Positions 1-10,500 of a stretch of DNA of 64,000 nt are shown here, one piece after another. Source of the DNA: Leptolyngbyaceae cyanobacterium (GTDB lineage Bacteria; Cyanobacteriota; Cyanobacteriia; Phormidesmidales; Phormidesmidaceae). The stretch lies in the NCBI GenBank assembly GCA_965263355.1, contig CBDHHL010000032.1, positions 3,008,001 to 3,072,000 of the forward strand, read 5' to 3'. The stretch's first letter is position 1. Every line of letters begins with the position of its first letter. The notes below the pieces were generated by a model that saw only the letters and a program-made list of their open reading frames with translations, made no database searches and had not been told where the DNA came from. Position numbers and translations under genes: made by a program.

Positions 1-720
1 CACCTTGCTCTCTACAATGCCAGTTGCTACGTCCAGCCTGTTACTATTACTGGTCTTGTTGGTCCCAACGGTGGTGGCAAATCCACCCTGTTCAAAACCA
101 TCATGGGGTTTGTCAATCCCAACCAAGGCCGAGTTCACATTGATGGCCTCTCTATAAAAATGGCCCAAAAGCGACAGCTGATGGCCTATGTACCTCAGGC
201 GGACGATGTGGATTGGGATTTTCCAGTAAGTGTAGCTGATGTGGTGATGATGGGTCGTTATGGCTATATGAATATCCTACGGATTCCTGGCCGTGAGGAT
301 CGCCGTCAGGTGGCAGAAAGTCTAGAGCGTGTAGGGATGACGGATTTTCGGCATCGGCAAATTGGGGAACTCTCTGGCGGTCAGAAAAAACGGGCGTTTC
401 TAGCCAGGGCGATGGCGCAAAAAAGTCGGGTAATTCTGCTGGATGAACCATTTACAGGGGTGGATGTAAAGACGGAAAAGCGAATTGTGAATTTGTTGCT
501 GCAACTGCGGGACGAGGGGCACACGATTTTGGTGTCCACCCATGATTTGGCGTCGGTTTCTACGTTTTGCGATCGCACCATTCTCCTCAACCGCACTGTC
601 CTCGCCGAAGGCACCACTGTCGATACCTTCACCGAAGAAAACCTCTCCATGACCTTTGGTGGTTTACCCCTCAGCAGTTTGTCGCAAAAAAACTCTATGT
701 TTCCGCGCCATTATGAGTAA
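1..720 (+). CDS. mntA: Mn/Zn/Fe ABC transporter ATP-binding protein (5'-truncated by window edge)
   Basis: The frame is open from base 1 ([29 protein letters not shown], Walker A). It contains the LSGGQKKR signature, LLDEP and the H-loop STHDL, and is followed by an ABC-3 permease. Confidence 0.85.
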   Translation, partial: HLALYNASCYVQPVTITGLVGPNGGGKSTLFKTIMGFVNPNQGRVHIDGLSIKMAQKRQLMAYVPQADDVDWDFPVSVADVVMMGRYGYMNILRIPGREDRRQVAESLERVGMTDFRHRQIGELSGGQKKRAFLARAMAQKSRVILLDEPFTGVDVKTEKRIVNLLLQLRDEGHTILVSTHDLASVSTFCDRTILLNRTVLAEGTTVDTFTEENLSMTFGGLPLSSLSQKNSMFPRHYE

Positions 721-1603
721 TCTCTTTAATTTGCATTGGCCCTTGTTCGGACTGATGTCTGTTTGGCAATGGCTGATGGAACCGCTGCAGGCCGGGTTTA
801 TGGTCAAGGCTATCTGGGTCAGTGCTTTTGTCGGTGTTGTTTGTGCAGTGCTGTCTTGCTACATCACGCTTAAGGGCTGGTCTCTGATGGGAGATGCTGT
901 ATCCCATGCGGTGGTACCCGGTGTGGTGGTGGCCTATGCCATAGGCTTACCCTTTGCCTTGGGGGCGTTTGTCTTTGGCTTTGGGGCGACGGTGATTATC
1001 GGTTATGTGAAATCTGCCACACGGTTAAAAGAAGATGCGGTAATTGGCGTCATTTTTACCGGTTTTTTTGCCTTTGGCCTGGTGCTTGCTACCAAAATTC
1101 CGAGCAATGTAGATCTGTTTCACATTTTGTTTGGCAATGTTTTGGGGATTTCAACCTCAGACATTATCCAAACCCTAGTGGCAGGCATGGCCACATTGGT
1201 GATTATTTTGCTGCGGCGTAGAGACCTGTTGTTGTTTTGTTTTGACCCTAATCATGCCAGGGCTATTGGTCTCAATACTCAGCTGATGTACTACACATTA
1301 CTATCAGTTTTGGCTCTCACCATTGTTACAGCCTTGCAAACGGCAGGTATTGTACTGGTTGTGGCGATGTTAGTCACTCCGGGTGCAACGGCCTATCTCC
1401 TTACCGATCGCTTTGACCATATGTTAGTTATTTCTGTGCTGACCAGCGTTATTTCCTGTGTCTTCGGCACATATTTTAGCTATCACCTGGATGTGTCTAC
1501 TGGTGGCAGCATCGTTGTACTCATGACGTTGCTGTTTGCCATAGCTATGGTGTTTGCGCCAAAATATGGCCTGCTCAGGCAGAAGATTTTGACACTGCAC
1601 TAG
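713..1603 (+). CDS. mntB: Metal (Mn/Zn/Fe) ABC transporter permease, ABC-3 family
   Basis: [11 protein letters not shown] and KEDAVIG motifs, multiple TM helices. The ATG at 713 overlaps the stop of the ATPase gene. Confidence 0.85.
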   Translation: MSNLFNLHWPLFGLMSVWQWLMEPLQAGFMVKAIWVSAFVGVVCAVLSCYITLKGWSLMGDAVSHAVVPGVVVAYAIGLPFALGAFVFGFGATVIIGYVKSATRLKEDAVIGVIFTGFFAFGLVLATKIPSNVDLFHILFGNVLGISTSDIIQTLVAGMATLVIILLRRRDLLLFCFDPNHARAIGLNTQLMYYTLLSVLALTIVTALQTAGIVLVVAMLVTPGATAYLLTDRFDHMLVISVLTSVISCVFGTYFSYHLDVSTGGSIVVLMTLLFAIAMVFAPKYGLLRQKILTLH

Positions 1604-4182
1604 TTATTGCTAGCGGCTAACGCCCCCTTCGGATAAGCAATTCGTTTGTGATTAAACTGTTGCCATACCTGCACAAACACATTGGCAATGATGTCCATAT
1701 CCTTACGAGTTAAGCAGGAGTCGATGAGCTGCTTATCTTTCCAGCGGGCGCGCAGAATTTTGTTCACCATGGCATAAGCTTCTTCGGCACAGGCTTCTTT
1801 GTGGAGCGATCGCAACGCGGCCTCACAGGAATCGGCCAGCATCACAATCCCGGTTTCTGGCGATTGAGGAATGGGACCGTCATAGCGAAAATCTTCGTCT
1901 TTGACTACCATTTCAGGATTTTGACTGGCAATTTCCTTCGCTTGATAGTAGAAGTAACTAATTAGCATGGCTCCCTGATGTTCAGGAATAAAGGCTTGGA
2001 TCGCTTTGGGTAATCGATGCTTTTTGGCCATGACTAAGCCTTCAGTGACATGCTTTTTGATAATGTCGGCACTAACCCAGGGGTCATTAATCAGGTCGTG
2101 TTTGTTGGGGCCGCCCATTTGATTTTCGATAAATCCAAGCGGATCGTGCATTTTGCCAATGTCATGGTATAGAGTACCTGCACGGACTAATTCCACATTG
2201 TGCCCCAGGGCCCGCGCTGCGGCTTCGGCCAGGTTCGCCACAAACATGGTGTGTTGAAATGTACCTGGCGCATCTGCAGCTAACCGTTTGAGCAGAGGAC
2301 GGTTGGGGTTAGCGAGTTCTGCTAAGCGAATGGGAGTGACGACATCAAAAAATGATTCTAAGTAGGGGCTAACGCCTAGGGCCACGATACTCCAGGCGAT
2401 GCCGTAGACACCAAATAGGGCGGAGTCGCGGATAACGGTGTACCACACTGAGGCGGCAACACTGTTAAACATGAGGGTGAGTACTAGGTGGATGACACCT
2501 TGAGTGAGGCCGACAGCGCCACCAAGTAGGGCAAATTCTTCGCGCGATCTCAATCTAGGTGCAATCCAAGCGCCAACCATAGCCGCACAAGCGGCAGCAA
2601 TTAATGGTAAGACAGCCACTGAGCCACCAACTGGTAGCAAGATAACTAAGAGCCCAATGGTCACGGTTGCCAAAATGTAACCATAAAAGCTTCCCAACAA
2701 GAGGCCAACAGCCGGTAACCCTAGACCCGGTATTTTTAGTGCCATTAGGGCTGCTACGCTGACAATCAAGCACAGTACTAAAACATGATCACGTTGGCGA
2801 AGGCCACCTTTTTGCCAGTTATCAATCCATAGCAATGCGCCAACACATGCACTTACTAAAACCCCAAAGCCGGTAAACCCTAACCAGTTAAATCGACGTT
2901 GTGTCAAATTAAAGTGATCTAGTAAGACAAAGTCCCCTTGTGTAATCGGTTCTCCTTTTCTGACAATGGCGTCACCCTGCTCAATCGATACCGTCACTGT
3001 CTTGACCTCATTCTCCGCTTGCTCAGCACGCAGTCGGGTTTGTTCTTGGTCCTCGACTAGATTTGGCTGTAAGACTGAACCAATAATCCTGGCGGTAATG
3101 TCCTTCGCATTTAACTCTTGAGTAACTAGTTCATCTCTATCTAGATTAGTAATTAGTACATCTCTATCTAGATTACTCAAGGTGGTTAAGTCTATGGTTT
3201 CTTTGAGTTGGCTATTAATTGCTTGTTCCCACAACTCTGGTGGCATACCTTCGTGAATCCCCTGGCTTAACATGCGATCTAATACCAAGCGGCTGGCAGC
3301 TTGAACGGCTTGCCAAGCAGGGTCATTCAAGTCAAAGACCCGGTAATCTAAGGGCTGAAAACCGTTACGGGTACTCACACTTTGTAGCTTGTGTTTCGTC
3401 GCTGTATATTTTTGGCGATTAGCATCAACCTGACTGCGCACTGAAGTTATGGGTAGCAAAGATGGCCGCTCCCTTAGACGCAGTAACTCATCGAGAGCAA
3501 TTCGTTGATTAACGTCTAACGCATTGATGCGTAACTTTAGGGAGCCATTATTTGCTTGGTGTAAATCATTGCTAGTGAGTTCAGGTATTTGTGCTACTTC
3601 CCAGAGTTCTTGCCAATCCTGGCTGGGTGCTTGACGTAGATATCGTTGAGTTCTGGTGGATAATTGAGTGGTCGGTAAATACGGTAAGGTTCCTGCTTGC
3701 TGCCGTAGAATAGTTCCCTGGCTTAAAATTCCGTTAGCCTCTTCTGTAATAGCTTGGGTTTTTTCCTGATCAATTTGCAGAACAATAATTGATCCACTTC
3801 GGGCTGCTTGGCGATCGGCTTCAGTGGTGATTAGGTCTGGCAGTGTGGCGTTGTAGTCAGCAATGAAGGTTTCGGTTGCGATTGTTCCTACCGTCAGTGC
3901 TGGCTGATTATAAAATCGTTGACCCAGAATTGCTGTCAGTAGCAAAACTGTCAATAGAAGAGCAATCTGGGCTTGGTTAAAGGGCGTATGACGGGAGAGC
4001 GCATATAGTCCCGTCGATTGATTCGATGACTTAGTAGATTGCCGAATCGAAGTATTTGATTTTTGACGTAGTGATGTAGAAACTTGCGGCAACTGAGTCT
4101 TGCACCAGCCAACCGATGTACGCAAACGTTGCCAAACTGCTTTGACCATGAATGTCACCGACTGCATGAAAGGCCTCAACAA
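1600..4182 (-). CDS. 7TM-HD (HDIG) membrane phosphohydrolase, PgpH-like putative c-di-AMP phosphodiesterase
   Basis: Extracellular region, 7 TM segments, then APGTFQH...YHDIGK...EHQG...FRYDGPIPQS..MLADSCEAA motifs. Start codon uncertain. Confidence 0.85.
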   Translation of the reverse strand: MLRPFMQSVTFMVKAVWQRLRTSVGWCKTQLPQVSTSLRQKSNTSIRQSTKSSNQSTGLYALSRHTPFNQAQIALLLTVLLLTAILGQRFYNQPALTVGTIATETFIADYNATLPDLITTEADRQAARSGSIIVLQIDQEKTQAITEEANGILSQGTILRQQAGTLPYLPTTQLSTRTQRYLRQAPSQDWQELWEVAQIPELTSNDLHQANNGSLKLRINALDVNQRIALDELLRLRERPSLLPITSVRSQVDANRQKYTATKHKLQSVSTRNGFQPLDYRVFDLNDPAWQAVQAASRLVLDRMLSQGIHEGMPPELWEQAINSQLKETIDLTTLSNLDRDVLITNLDRDELVTQELNAKDITARIIGSVLQPNLVEDQEQTRLRAEQAENEVKTVTVSIEQGDAIVRKGEPITQGDFVLLDHFNLTQRRFNWLGFTGFGVLVSACVGALLWIDNWQKGGLRQRDHVLVLCLIVSVAALMALKIPGLGLPAVGLLLGSFYGYILATVTIGLLVILLPVGGSVAVLPLIAAACAAMVGAWIAPRLRSREEFALLGGAVGLTQGVIHLVLTLMFNSVAASVWYTVIRDSALFGVYGIAWSIVALGVSPYLESFFDVVTPIRLAELANPNRPLLKRLAADAPGTFQHTMFVANLAEAAARALGHNVELVRAGTLYHDIGKMHDPLGFIENQMGGPNKHDLINDPWVSADIIKKHVTEGLVMAKKHRLPKAIQAFIPEHQGAMLISYFYYQAKEIASQNPEMVVKDEDFRYDGPIPQSPETGIVMLADSCEAALRSLHKEACAEEAYAMVNKILRARWKDKQLIDSCLTRKDMDIIANVFVQVWQQFNHKRIAYPKGALAASNN
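3121..3174. repeat. In-frame 27-bp tandem duplication inside the HD phosphohydrolase gene
   Basis: agtaactagttcatctctatctagatt / agtaattagtacatctctatctagatt, encoding NLDRDVLIT-NLDRDELVT. Confidence 0.85.
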
Positions 4183-4624
4183 CCAGAGATACTATTTGAC
4201 CCAACGGAATGAAGTACAGCTGAGTTGCTGGTCTAGTAGCGCTAGACACCTGATGAAGGATCGACAGGATGCAAGGGGTCCCGAATATACCCTAGATGTC
4301 TTAAACAATCGAAAGTCAACGCTTTTGGGTTATTAGGACTAACTGACTAGGACGTTGGCCATATTCTTTCAGTTTGTGGTTGGAAAATTATCCATACACA
4401 GTCCTAAAAGAACACATATGAATCCTAAGATTCAGGACTGAAAATTCACTTAAACAACTTTGCTCCAAGCTAGGTGCGACGTTGTTACAAGCATTGCACT
4501 AAGCAGTCGCTTTAGCGTACCAATCTTCCTATCCTTAGCCTTGTTTGGCAAACAGTTTTGGAAGATGCTTAGCATGCCTGCATCATTATTATAGCTAGCT
4601 CTATTTTGAAGCGAGTGGTCAGAC

Positions 4625-5425
4625 TTAGAAATCTAGTGGAAGTACTTCAAAATTAGTTGTCACATTACCGACACCAGCCCAAACGCCATAGAGTTTCTGA
4701 GCTATGGCGTCCAGTGCTTCTCTGGAGTCTTGAGTGAAGGCCATTAGCCAACCAACGGGTATCACTGATGGTCCGCAATAGGCTCCGAGTAAACAGCCAA
4801 CTATGGTTGCTATTGGCGCGGTCATTCCTGGATTAGTTAAAGCTAACGCCAGATTTTCTCGATAGTTGAGACAGCATTTGAGAGCTGCCGTCACAGTCAT
4901 TAAAGGATGATGCGTATTGTCTGTGGTTTGCAGGATAAGAGCTGGGGATTGGGTGGCTAATTGCTCCAGATACTGATGAATTTGTGAGTTAATTGCTGAG
5001 GGATAACTGGAGCGCTTGTGATGTAGATATTTCCACAGTAATGAGTGTAGCTCTTGAGGACCTATCGGATACTGCATGAGCCATTCTAAACAATCACCCA
5101 AGACGTAGAGTGCCCCGATAGTATCTGTGAGGATGCCTTTACTATCGTTAGTATGCATTGTGGGTGATACCAGAGTTTGATGGAGCCAATGAAGGCGGCC
5201 ACTGCTGTCATCATGGCGATATAACAACCAGGGAATTGCTGTAGTCAGATTTGCTTCTGAGGGGGGAGAGATGCGGTATTGCTCAATGCTGGCTAGCCAT
5301 GCTTGATAAAGTGTGCTCCTGCTAACAGTTGGCCACTGATCGGAATATTTCTCTGAATAGTAATGTCCTATATAGGCTCCAAACAGGCTCCCTCGAAATT
5401 TATCTGCGTTAGAAATAGTTGCCAT
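4625..5425 (-). CDS. ADP-ribosylglycohydrolase-like protein, degenerate
   Basis: N-terminal DKFRGSLFGAYIG and C-terminal IATIVGCLLGAYCGPSVIPVGWL match ARH/DraG ends. The acidic TDD and DTDT motifs are not visible. Confidence 0.6.
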   Translation of the reverse strand: MATISNADKFRGSLFGAYIGHYYSEKYSDQWPTVSRSTLYQAWLASIEQYRISPPSEANLTTAIPWLLYRHDDSSGRLHWLHQTLVSPTMHTNDSKGILTDTIGALYVLGDCLEWLMQYPIGPQELHSLLWKYLHHKRSSYPSAINSQIHQYLEQLATQSPALILQTTDNTHHPLMTVTAALKCCLNYRENLALALTNPGMTAPIATIVGCLLGAYCGPSVIPVGWLMAFTQDSREALDAIAQKLYGVWAGVGNVTTNFEVLPLDF

Positions 5426-5610
5426 AGTTTCTGGGGGTTAACACTATGCAGGGCATGAGTCTAGCCATTCAGTTTGTCCGTGGTGTGCAGGTAATGCCTG
5501 TAAATATCATTTATCTGGACGCAATAGCCATGCTATGCCATCTTAATGTTGGCTTTGGCAGGGTATTCAACCAAAATTGTTTACGCTACAAATTACGGTA
5601 ATTTTGTGAC

Positions 5611-6312
5611 ATGAAACGTTGGGGCTTACACAGGATCTTTAATATTTGCCTGTTTGTATTTGTCGCAGGGGGGATTGCGACAGTGGCATGGGCGACCACA
5701 AAGACGGGTGGGTTATCGCCAGAGCCAGGAGGCCAGTTGGATACCCAAGAACCGAATTTATTGGGGCAGGCAGATCAGGTTCTAGATCTCGGTAGTACAG
5801 GGGATGCTGTCAAAGATTTACAGGCAATGTTAGCTTTGATGGGTTATTACTCTGGTGCAGTAGATGGTGCCTATGAGCAGACGACTTTGGCAGCTGTGCG
5901 TCAATTTCAAACGGATGCAGGCTTAGTTGCCGACGGTGTTGTCGGGCCTTTGACCTGGCGGCGACTTTTGCCTACACCCGCTGCTCTAAGTGACATGCAA
6001 GTACTTAGCGACGGGGCTGGCTCAGCCTTATCAGAAGGAAGCCCTACTGAAGCAACATCGGGTGATGATGTTCCGGATAATGGCGCTATGGCTCAGACAG
6101 CAGGTGATTTGCCCACGCTTAAACTAGATGATGCTGGTGCCGAGGTGAGTCGCTTGCAGAGCCGACTCGCTGCCTTAAATTTTTATACAGGACCCATAGA
6201 TGGCGTTTTTGGTTTGCAGACAGAGCAAGCTGTGCAAGAATTCCAGCGTCAGGCTGGGTTAGAGATGGACGGTATTGTAGGACCTGAAACTTGGCTCAAG
6301 GTATTGCAATAA
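5611..6312 (+). CDS. Peptidoglycan-binding domain protein (two PG_binding_1 repeats)
   Basis: N-terminal hydrophobic segment and two LQxxL...G.Y.G..DG.F...T..AV..FQ...GL..DG.VGP.TW repeats. Confidence 0.85.
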   Translation: MKRWGLHRIFNICLFVFVAGGIATVAWATTKTGGLSPEPGGQLDTQEPNLLGQADQVLDLGSTGDAVKDLQAMLALMGYYSGAVDGAYEQTTLAAVRQFQTDAGLVADGVVGPLTWRRLLPTPAALSDMQVLSDGAGSALSEGSPTEATSGDDVPDNGAMAQTAGDLPTLKLDDAGAEVSRLQSRLAALNFYTGPIDGVFGLQTEQAVQEFQRQAGLEMDGIVGPETWLKVLQ

Positions 6313-6468
6313 TCGGTATTGCGTCAAGCTCGAAATTTTGAGAAGACAGCAAATAGCAAGTGACATTTCACTGATTATCGGCGAGATAAAAATTCAGACC
6401 GTATTCAGGTGAATAAAATACTGTGTAAAACTGAAAATATGCTGCTAACCAGAGTGTTGAGACACTTC

Positions 6469-6774
6469 TTAATCAGTCAAGCTGACCAGGTCAAATACAG
6501 GTAGATCAGAATCCAGTAACGACTTTGAAGATATTTGATCATCTACTATCAAAAACTCAGACGTATATTGGTCCTGAAATAAAAACTCGCTTTGGTGCAC
6601 ATACACCATATAGTCGCTCATCAAAAAATAAACGCCAACCATGGCAGCAGCTGCAGAGGCCACCAAAAAACCTGCCAGCATCAGAGAAAATTCCTGACTG
6701 ACAAAGGCCCTGTCCATGAGACGTAGAGCCCATATAACTAAACCAGTAACGATGGCTATGATTAGAAGCGTCAT
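6469..6774 (-). CDS. Small hypothetical membrane protein
   Basis: 101-aa ORF with two hydrophobic helices (EFSLMLAGFLVASAAA). Confidence 0.6.
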   Translation of the reverse strand: MTLLIIAIVTGLVIWALRLMDRAFVSQEFSLMLAGFLVASAAAAMVGVYFLMSDYMVYVHQSEFLFQDQYTSEFLIVDDQISSKSLLDSDLPVFDLVSLTD

Positions 6775-6941
6775 CGGTTTAAACCTAACTAAGAGGCAGG
6801 TCTTAAAGAATTACGACTATGTTTTACATATTTTAACAGGCTTATCATAAAAGTGCCTCACTCGCCGTGGATATTTTACGATTGCAAAAGAATTAGTCCA
6901 ATGCTTTCATTTGCAAGGCCTGTAGACGCTGATATGTATTT

Positions 6942-7703
6942 TTAGGGCCTGATGGCAACTTGGTGTTGACCTAGATAAGTTTTAATTTCTGTGATAGAAA
7001 GTTCACCGTAATGAAGTAACGAAGCTAATAAAGCGGCTTCTGCTTGTCCAGTAGTGAGAGCTGCGCGGATATGTTCACAAGTGCCTGCTCCACCTGACGC
7101 AATGACTGGAACGTTGACAGATGCAGCAATGGTTTGGGTGAGTTCTAAGTCGTATCCTGCTTTGGTGCCATCTGCGTCCATGCTGGTGACGAGAAGTTCT
7201 CCAGCGCCTCGGGCGACAACATCCTGAGCCCAATTAATGGCATCGAGTCCAGTGTTTTCTCGGCCACCACGCACAAATACATCCCATCCTGATTCATTGG
7301 GCCGACGTTTGGCATCAATGGCTACAACGATACACTGGCTCCCAAAGCGATTACTGGCGGCCTGAATAAAATCGGGGTTGCGAACAGCTGCGGAATTAAT
7401 GCTGACTTTGTCTGCTCCGGCCCTCAGTAGCTGCTTGATTGTTTCTACTGAATTGACTCCGCCACCAACGGTGAGGGGAATAAAAACTTGTTCGGCAGTG
7501 CGATGGACAACGTCAAAAATAATGTTGCGGTCTTCATGGGTAGCCGTAATGTCTAAGAAAACAAGTTCGTCAGCTCCGGCCTGGTTGTAGACTTGGGCCA
7601 GTTCAACTGGGTCACCTGCATCTTTGAGTTCTACAAAATTAATGCCTTTTACAACGCGACCAGCTTTGACATCGAGACAGGGCAAAATTCGCTTAGCCAG
7701 CAT
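6942..7703 (-). CDS. hisF: Imidazole glycerol phosphate synthase cyclase subunit
   Basis: [37 protein letters not shown] and VIASGGAG motifs. Confidence 0.97.
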   Translation of the reverse strand: MLAKRILPCLDVKAGRVVKGINFVELKDAGDPVELAQVYNQAGADELVFLDITATHEDRNIIFDVVHRTAEQVFIPLTVGGGVNSVETIKQLLRAGADKVSINSAAVRNPDFIQAASNRFGSQCIVVAIDAKRRPNESGWDVFVRGGRENTGLDAINWAQDVVARGAGELLVTSMDADGTKAGYDLELTQTIAASVNVPVIASGGAGTCEHIRAALTTGQAEAALLASLLHYGELSITEIKTYLGQHQVAIRP

Positions 7704-7863
7704 AGGCACTTTCGTAGAGAGTTTATATAGACAAGCAATGGCTGACGTAGCTGCAGCAACAGTTCTTCAGGATAGCTTACAAAGCGCAAGACACTGATAA
7801 ACTGAGAGATGGTTTTAATTCTTAATATTTATCAACTTTACTCAGAGAGGAGGATCTTAGGGC

Positions 7864-8064
7864 ATGGCTTTGGATATCGGACAAAAAGTAAAGGTTGTAC
7901 GTTTAAGGGATCGGGTGTCTGATAACGTTGCCAAGTGTCTGGGGAAGGAAGGCACGGTCACCCAGTTCAAAATGGTCGATGGCAGTGATGTAGGGGTTGT
8001 TGTTGAGTTTTCAGATCAGTTTTCGAGCTGGTTTTTTGAGGATGAAGTTAAGCAAACTGCCTAA
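7864..8064 (+). CDS. petP: Cytochrome b6f-associated PetP family protein (DUF2862)
   Basis: IGQKVKV.RLRDRV...G.VVEF.D....WFFEDE pattern. GAGG upstream. Position upstream of the ArsA-like ATPase and chlG matches cyanobacterial synteny as I recall it. Confidence 0.75.
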   Translation: MALDIGQKVKVVRLRDRVSDNVAKCLGKEGTVTQFKMVDGSDVGVVVEFSDQFSSWFFEDEVKQTA

Positions 8065-8109
8065 GGTAGGGTCCCTAGATAGTTAGAGTGGCTAACATTA
8101 AGCATCGAT

Positions 8110-8152
8110 TCAGTCTTGGGATACCTCTTATTAGATGTTGCCCCAAGACTGA
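8110..8152. terminator. Intergenic stem-loop after petP
   Basis: TCAGTCTTGGG (8110-8120) pairs with CCCAAGACTGA (8142-8152). No clear U-tract. Confidence 0.4.
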
Positions 8153-8191
8153 TCGTCAACGATAAGTAGGCGGATTCTGTAGTAGTAGTTG

Positions 8192-9286
8192 ATGGCACTA
8201 ATTCTTACGTTCTTAGGTAAAGGGGGGAGTGGTCGTTCGACTTGTGCGATCGCAACCGCTAAAAAGCTGTCAGCCCAGGGTCAGCGTGTGCTATTGGTAA
8301 CTGAAGACGTTGGCCCGGCATTCGGTTTACTTTTAGGCCATCCGGTAACGGCTACCCCGGAGAGCGTCTTTCCCAATTTCTGGGTCATGCAGTTGCAGTT
8401 TACGCAACTTCTGGAGCAAAACTGGGAGCAGTTAAAAAAGTTGGAAGCTCAATATCTGCGAGATCCTTTCTTTAAGGCAGTTTATGGTCAAGAGCTGAGT
8501 TTGCTGCCAGGTATGGATCAGGCGCTAACGCTCAATGCCCTGCGGGAATATGATGCTAGCGGTGACTATGACGTGATTGTCCATGATGGTCCCGGTGCGC
8601 AGACGAGTCTGCGCATGTGGGGGATGCCAGTGGGAATTGACTGGTACTTCCGGCGGTTTAAGCAAGTTTTTCAGGCATCGCAATTTTCTAAGGCGGTGAT
8701 GCCATTTATGCAGCCGATTGCTGGTGCGGTACTGAGTGGCGGCATGTCTGGTGATCTGTTTAAGCAGTCCGAGGTAACTGAAACGACCAATTTAGTCGCT
8801 CAGGGTATCGCTGCTGTTAAAGATGCGATGCGAGTTCGGGCTTATTTGGTGTCCACTGGTGATCAAGGGGCGATCGCAACCGCCCGCTATCTTTGGGGCG
8901 CAGCCCAGCAAATAGAAATGACGGTGGCTGGAGTCCTGCTTAATAGAGCCGTTATTGCTCAAGATATTGGCCAACATTTTGAGTCTTTGCCAATGTACGC
9001 CCTCCCTCAGTTAGGGGACTGGCAGCCTCTGATGGATGCTCTGCCAGACTATATGGCTACACCTTCAGTGCCGTCATCTGTAGAGATTGATTTGTCTACC
9101 AATACAGTACGTCTGTTCTTGCCTAGCTTTGATAAAAAACAGATTCAGCTTACTCAATACGGTCCAGAAGTGACTATTGAGGCAGGTGATCAACGGCGAA
9201 ATTTAAACCTGCCCAAGGTGTTACAAGGGCGTTCTGTGACAGGGGCAAAATTTCAGTCTGATTATCTGATTTTGACCTTTGGATAG
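8192..9286 (+). CDS. ArsA/Get3-fold ATPase with C-terminal HSP20-like domain
   Basis: TFLGKGGSGRST deviant Walker A, GQELSLLPGMD, YDVIVHDG. The C-terminal LFLPSFDKKQIQLTQYGPEVTIEAGDQRRN segment resembles an alpha-crystallin-like domain. Confidence 0.8.
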   Translation: MALILTFLGKGGSGRSTCAIATAKKLSAQGQRVLLVTEDVGPAFGLLLGHPVTATPESVFPNFWVMQLQFTQLLEQNWEQLKKLEAQYLRDPFFKAVYGQELSLLPGMDQALTLNALREYDASGDYDVIVHDGPGAQTSLRMWGMPVGIDWYFRRFKQVFQASQFSKAVMPFMQPIAGAVLSGGMSGDLFKQSEVTETTNLVAQGIAAVKDAMRVRAYLVSTGDQGAIATARYLWGAAQQIEMTVAGVLLNRAVIAQDIGQHFESLPMYALPQLGDWQPLMDALPDYMATPSVPSSVEIDLSTNTVRLFLPSFDKKQIQLTQYGPEVTIEAGDQRRNLNLPKVLQGRSVTGAKFQSDYLILTFG

Positions 9287-9334
9287 TTTCTCCCAGCATT
9301 GTTTGTTAGTACTATCGCTCGTATTGTTGACGCT

Positions 9335-10336
9335 ATGACTGAAAAACCTGCTTCAGTAACGTCCAGCTCATCTTCTCCCGAAAGCTCCAAGGCAAGACAG
9401 CTATTGGGCATGAAAGGGGCTGCCGATGGTGAGACCTCTATTTGGAAAATTCGTCTACAGCTGATGAAGCCCATTACCTGGATTCCCTTAATTTGGGGTG
9501 TGCTTTGTGGGGCTGCATCCTCAGGGCATTTTGTGTGGAGTGTTGATCACGTTCTGGCATCCCTGGCTTGCATGCTAATGGCAGGGCCTTTGCTGACAGG
9601 CTACACCCAAACGATTAATGATTACTACGATCGCGAGCTAGATGCCATTAATGAGCCCTATCGACCGATTCCTTCAGGGGCTATTGGTTTAGGGCAGGTG
9701 CAAGTGCAAATTTGGGTGCTCTTGATCAGTGGTATTGCTGTTTCCTATGGTCTCGATCACTGGGCCAGGCACGACTTTCCCGTGTTGACTGCGTTAGCCA
9801 TTGGCGGTTCATTGGTGTCTTACATATATTCCGCACCACCGCTAAAGCTCAAACAGAATGGCTGGCTTGGTAACTATGCCCTAGGCGCTAGTTACATCGC
9901 ATTACCCTGGTGGGCTGGGCATGCTCTATTTGGACAGCTAAATCCAACAGTAATTGTTTTAACACTGTTGTATAGTATGGCGGGTTTAGGCATTGCTGTG
10001 GTCAATGACTTTAAGAGTGTAGAAGGTGATCAGGCCTTAGGTCTAAAGTCATTACCGGTGATGTTTGGGGTGAGTACAGCTGCTTGGATCTGCGTCTTGA
10101 TGATCGATATTTTTCAAGCGGGAATGGCTGCTTATCTTGTGGCTATTCATAAAAATCTTTATGCAGTGCTCTTAATCCTAATGATCATTCCGCAGATTAC
10201 TTTTCAAGACATGTACTTTCTGCGAGATCCCCTGGCCAACGATGTCAAATATCAGGCCAGTGCTCAACCGTTTTTGGTGATCGGCATGTTGATTCTAGGC
10301 TTAGCGCTGGGTCATACCGATTATCTGCTCAGCTAG
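9335..10336 (+). CDS. chlG: Chlorophyll a synthase
   Basis: RQLLGMKGA, QLMKPITWIPLIWG, INDYYDRELDAINEPYRPIPSG, NDFKSVEGD and DVKYQASAQPF motifs. Confidence 0.97.
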   Translation: MTEKPASVTSSSSSPESSKARQLLGMKGAADGETSIWKIRLQLMKPITWIPLIWGVLCGAASSGHFVWSVDHVLASLACMLMAGPLLTGYTQTINDYYDRELDAINEPYRPIPSGAIGLGQVQVQIWVLLISGIAVSYGLDHWARHDFPVLTALAIGGSLVSYIYSAPPLKLKQNGWLGNYALGASYIALPWWAGHALFGQLNPTVIVLTLLYSMAGLGIAVVNDFKSVEGDQALGLKSLPVMFGVSTAAWICVLMIDIFQAGMAAYLVAIHKNLYAVLLILMIIPQITFQDMYFLRDPLANDVKYQASAQPFLVIGMLILGLALGHTDYLLS

Positions 10337-10500
10337 GGGCGTTATTTGATGAGTCATGCCAGATTCTGCTAGCCTTTTGTGGGGTATGTCAAGATATGTC
10401 AACTGATTTATCAGGTGCAAACTCTTATCACAAAGCGAACAGGCTGGTGCTGACGAGTTAACCGTTTTCAGAACAATGGGTTAGGTAGGGTTTTTTTAAC

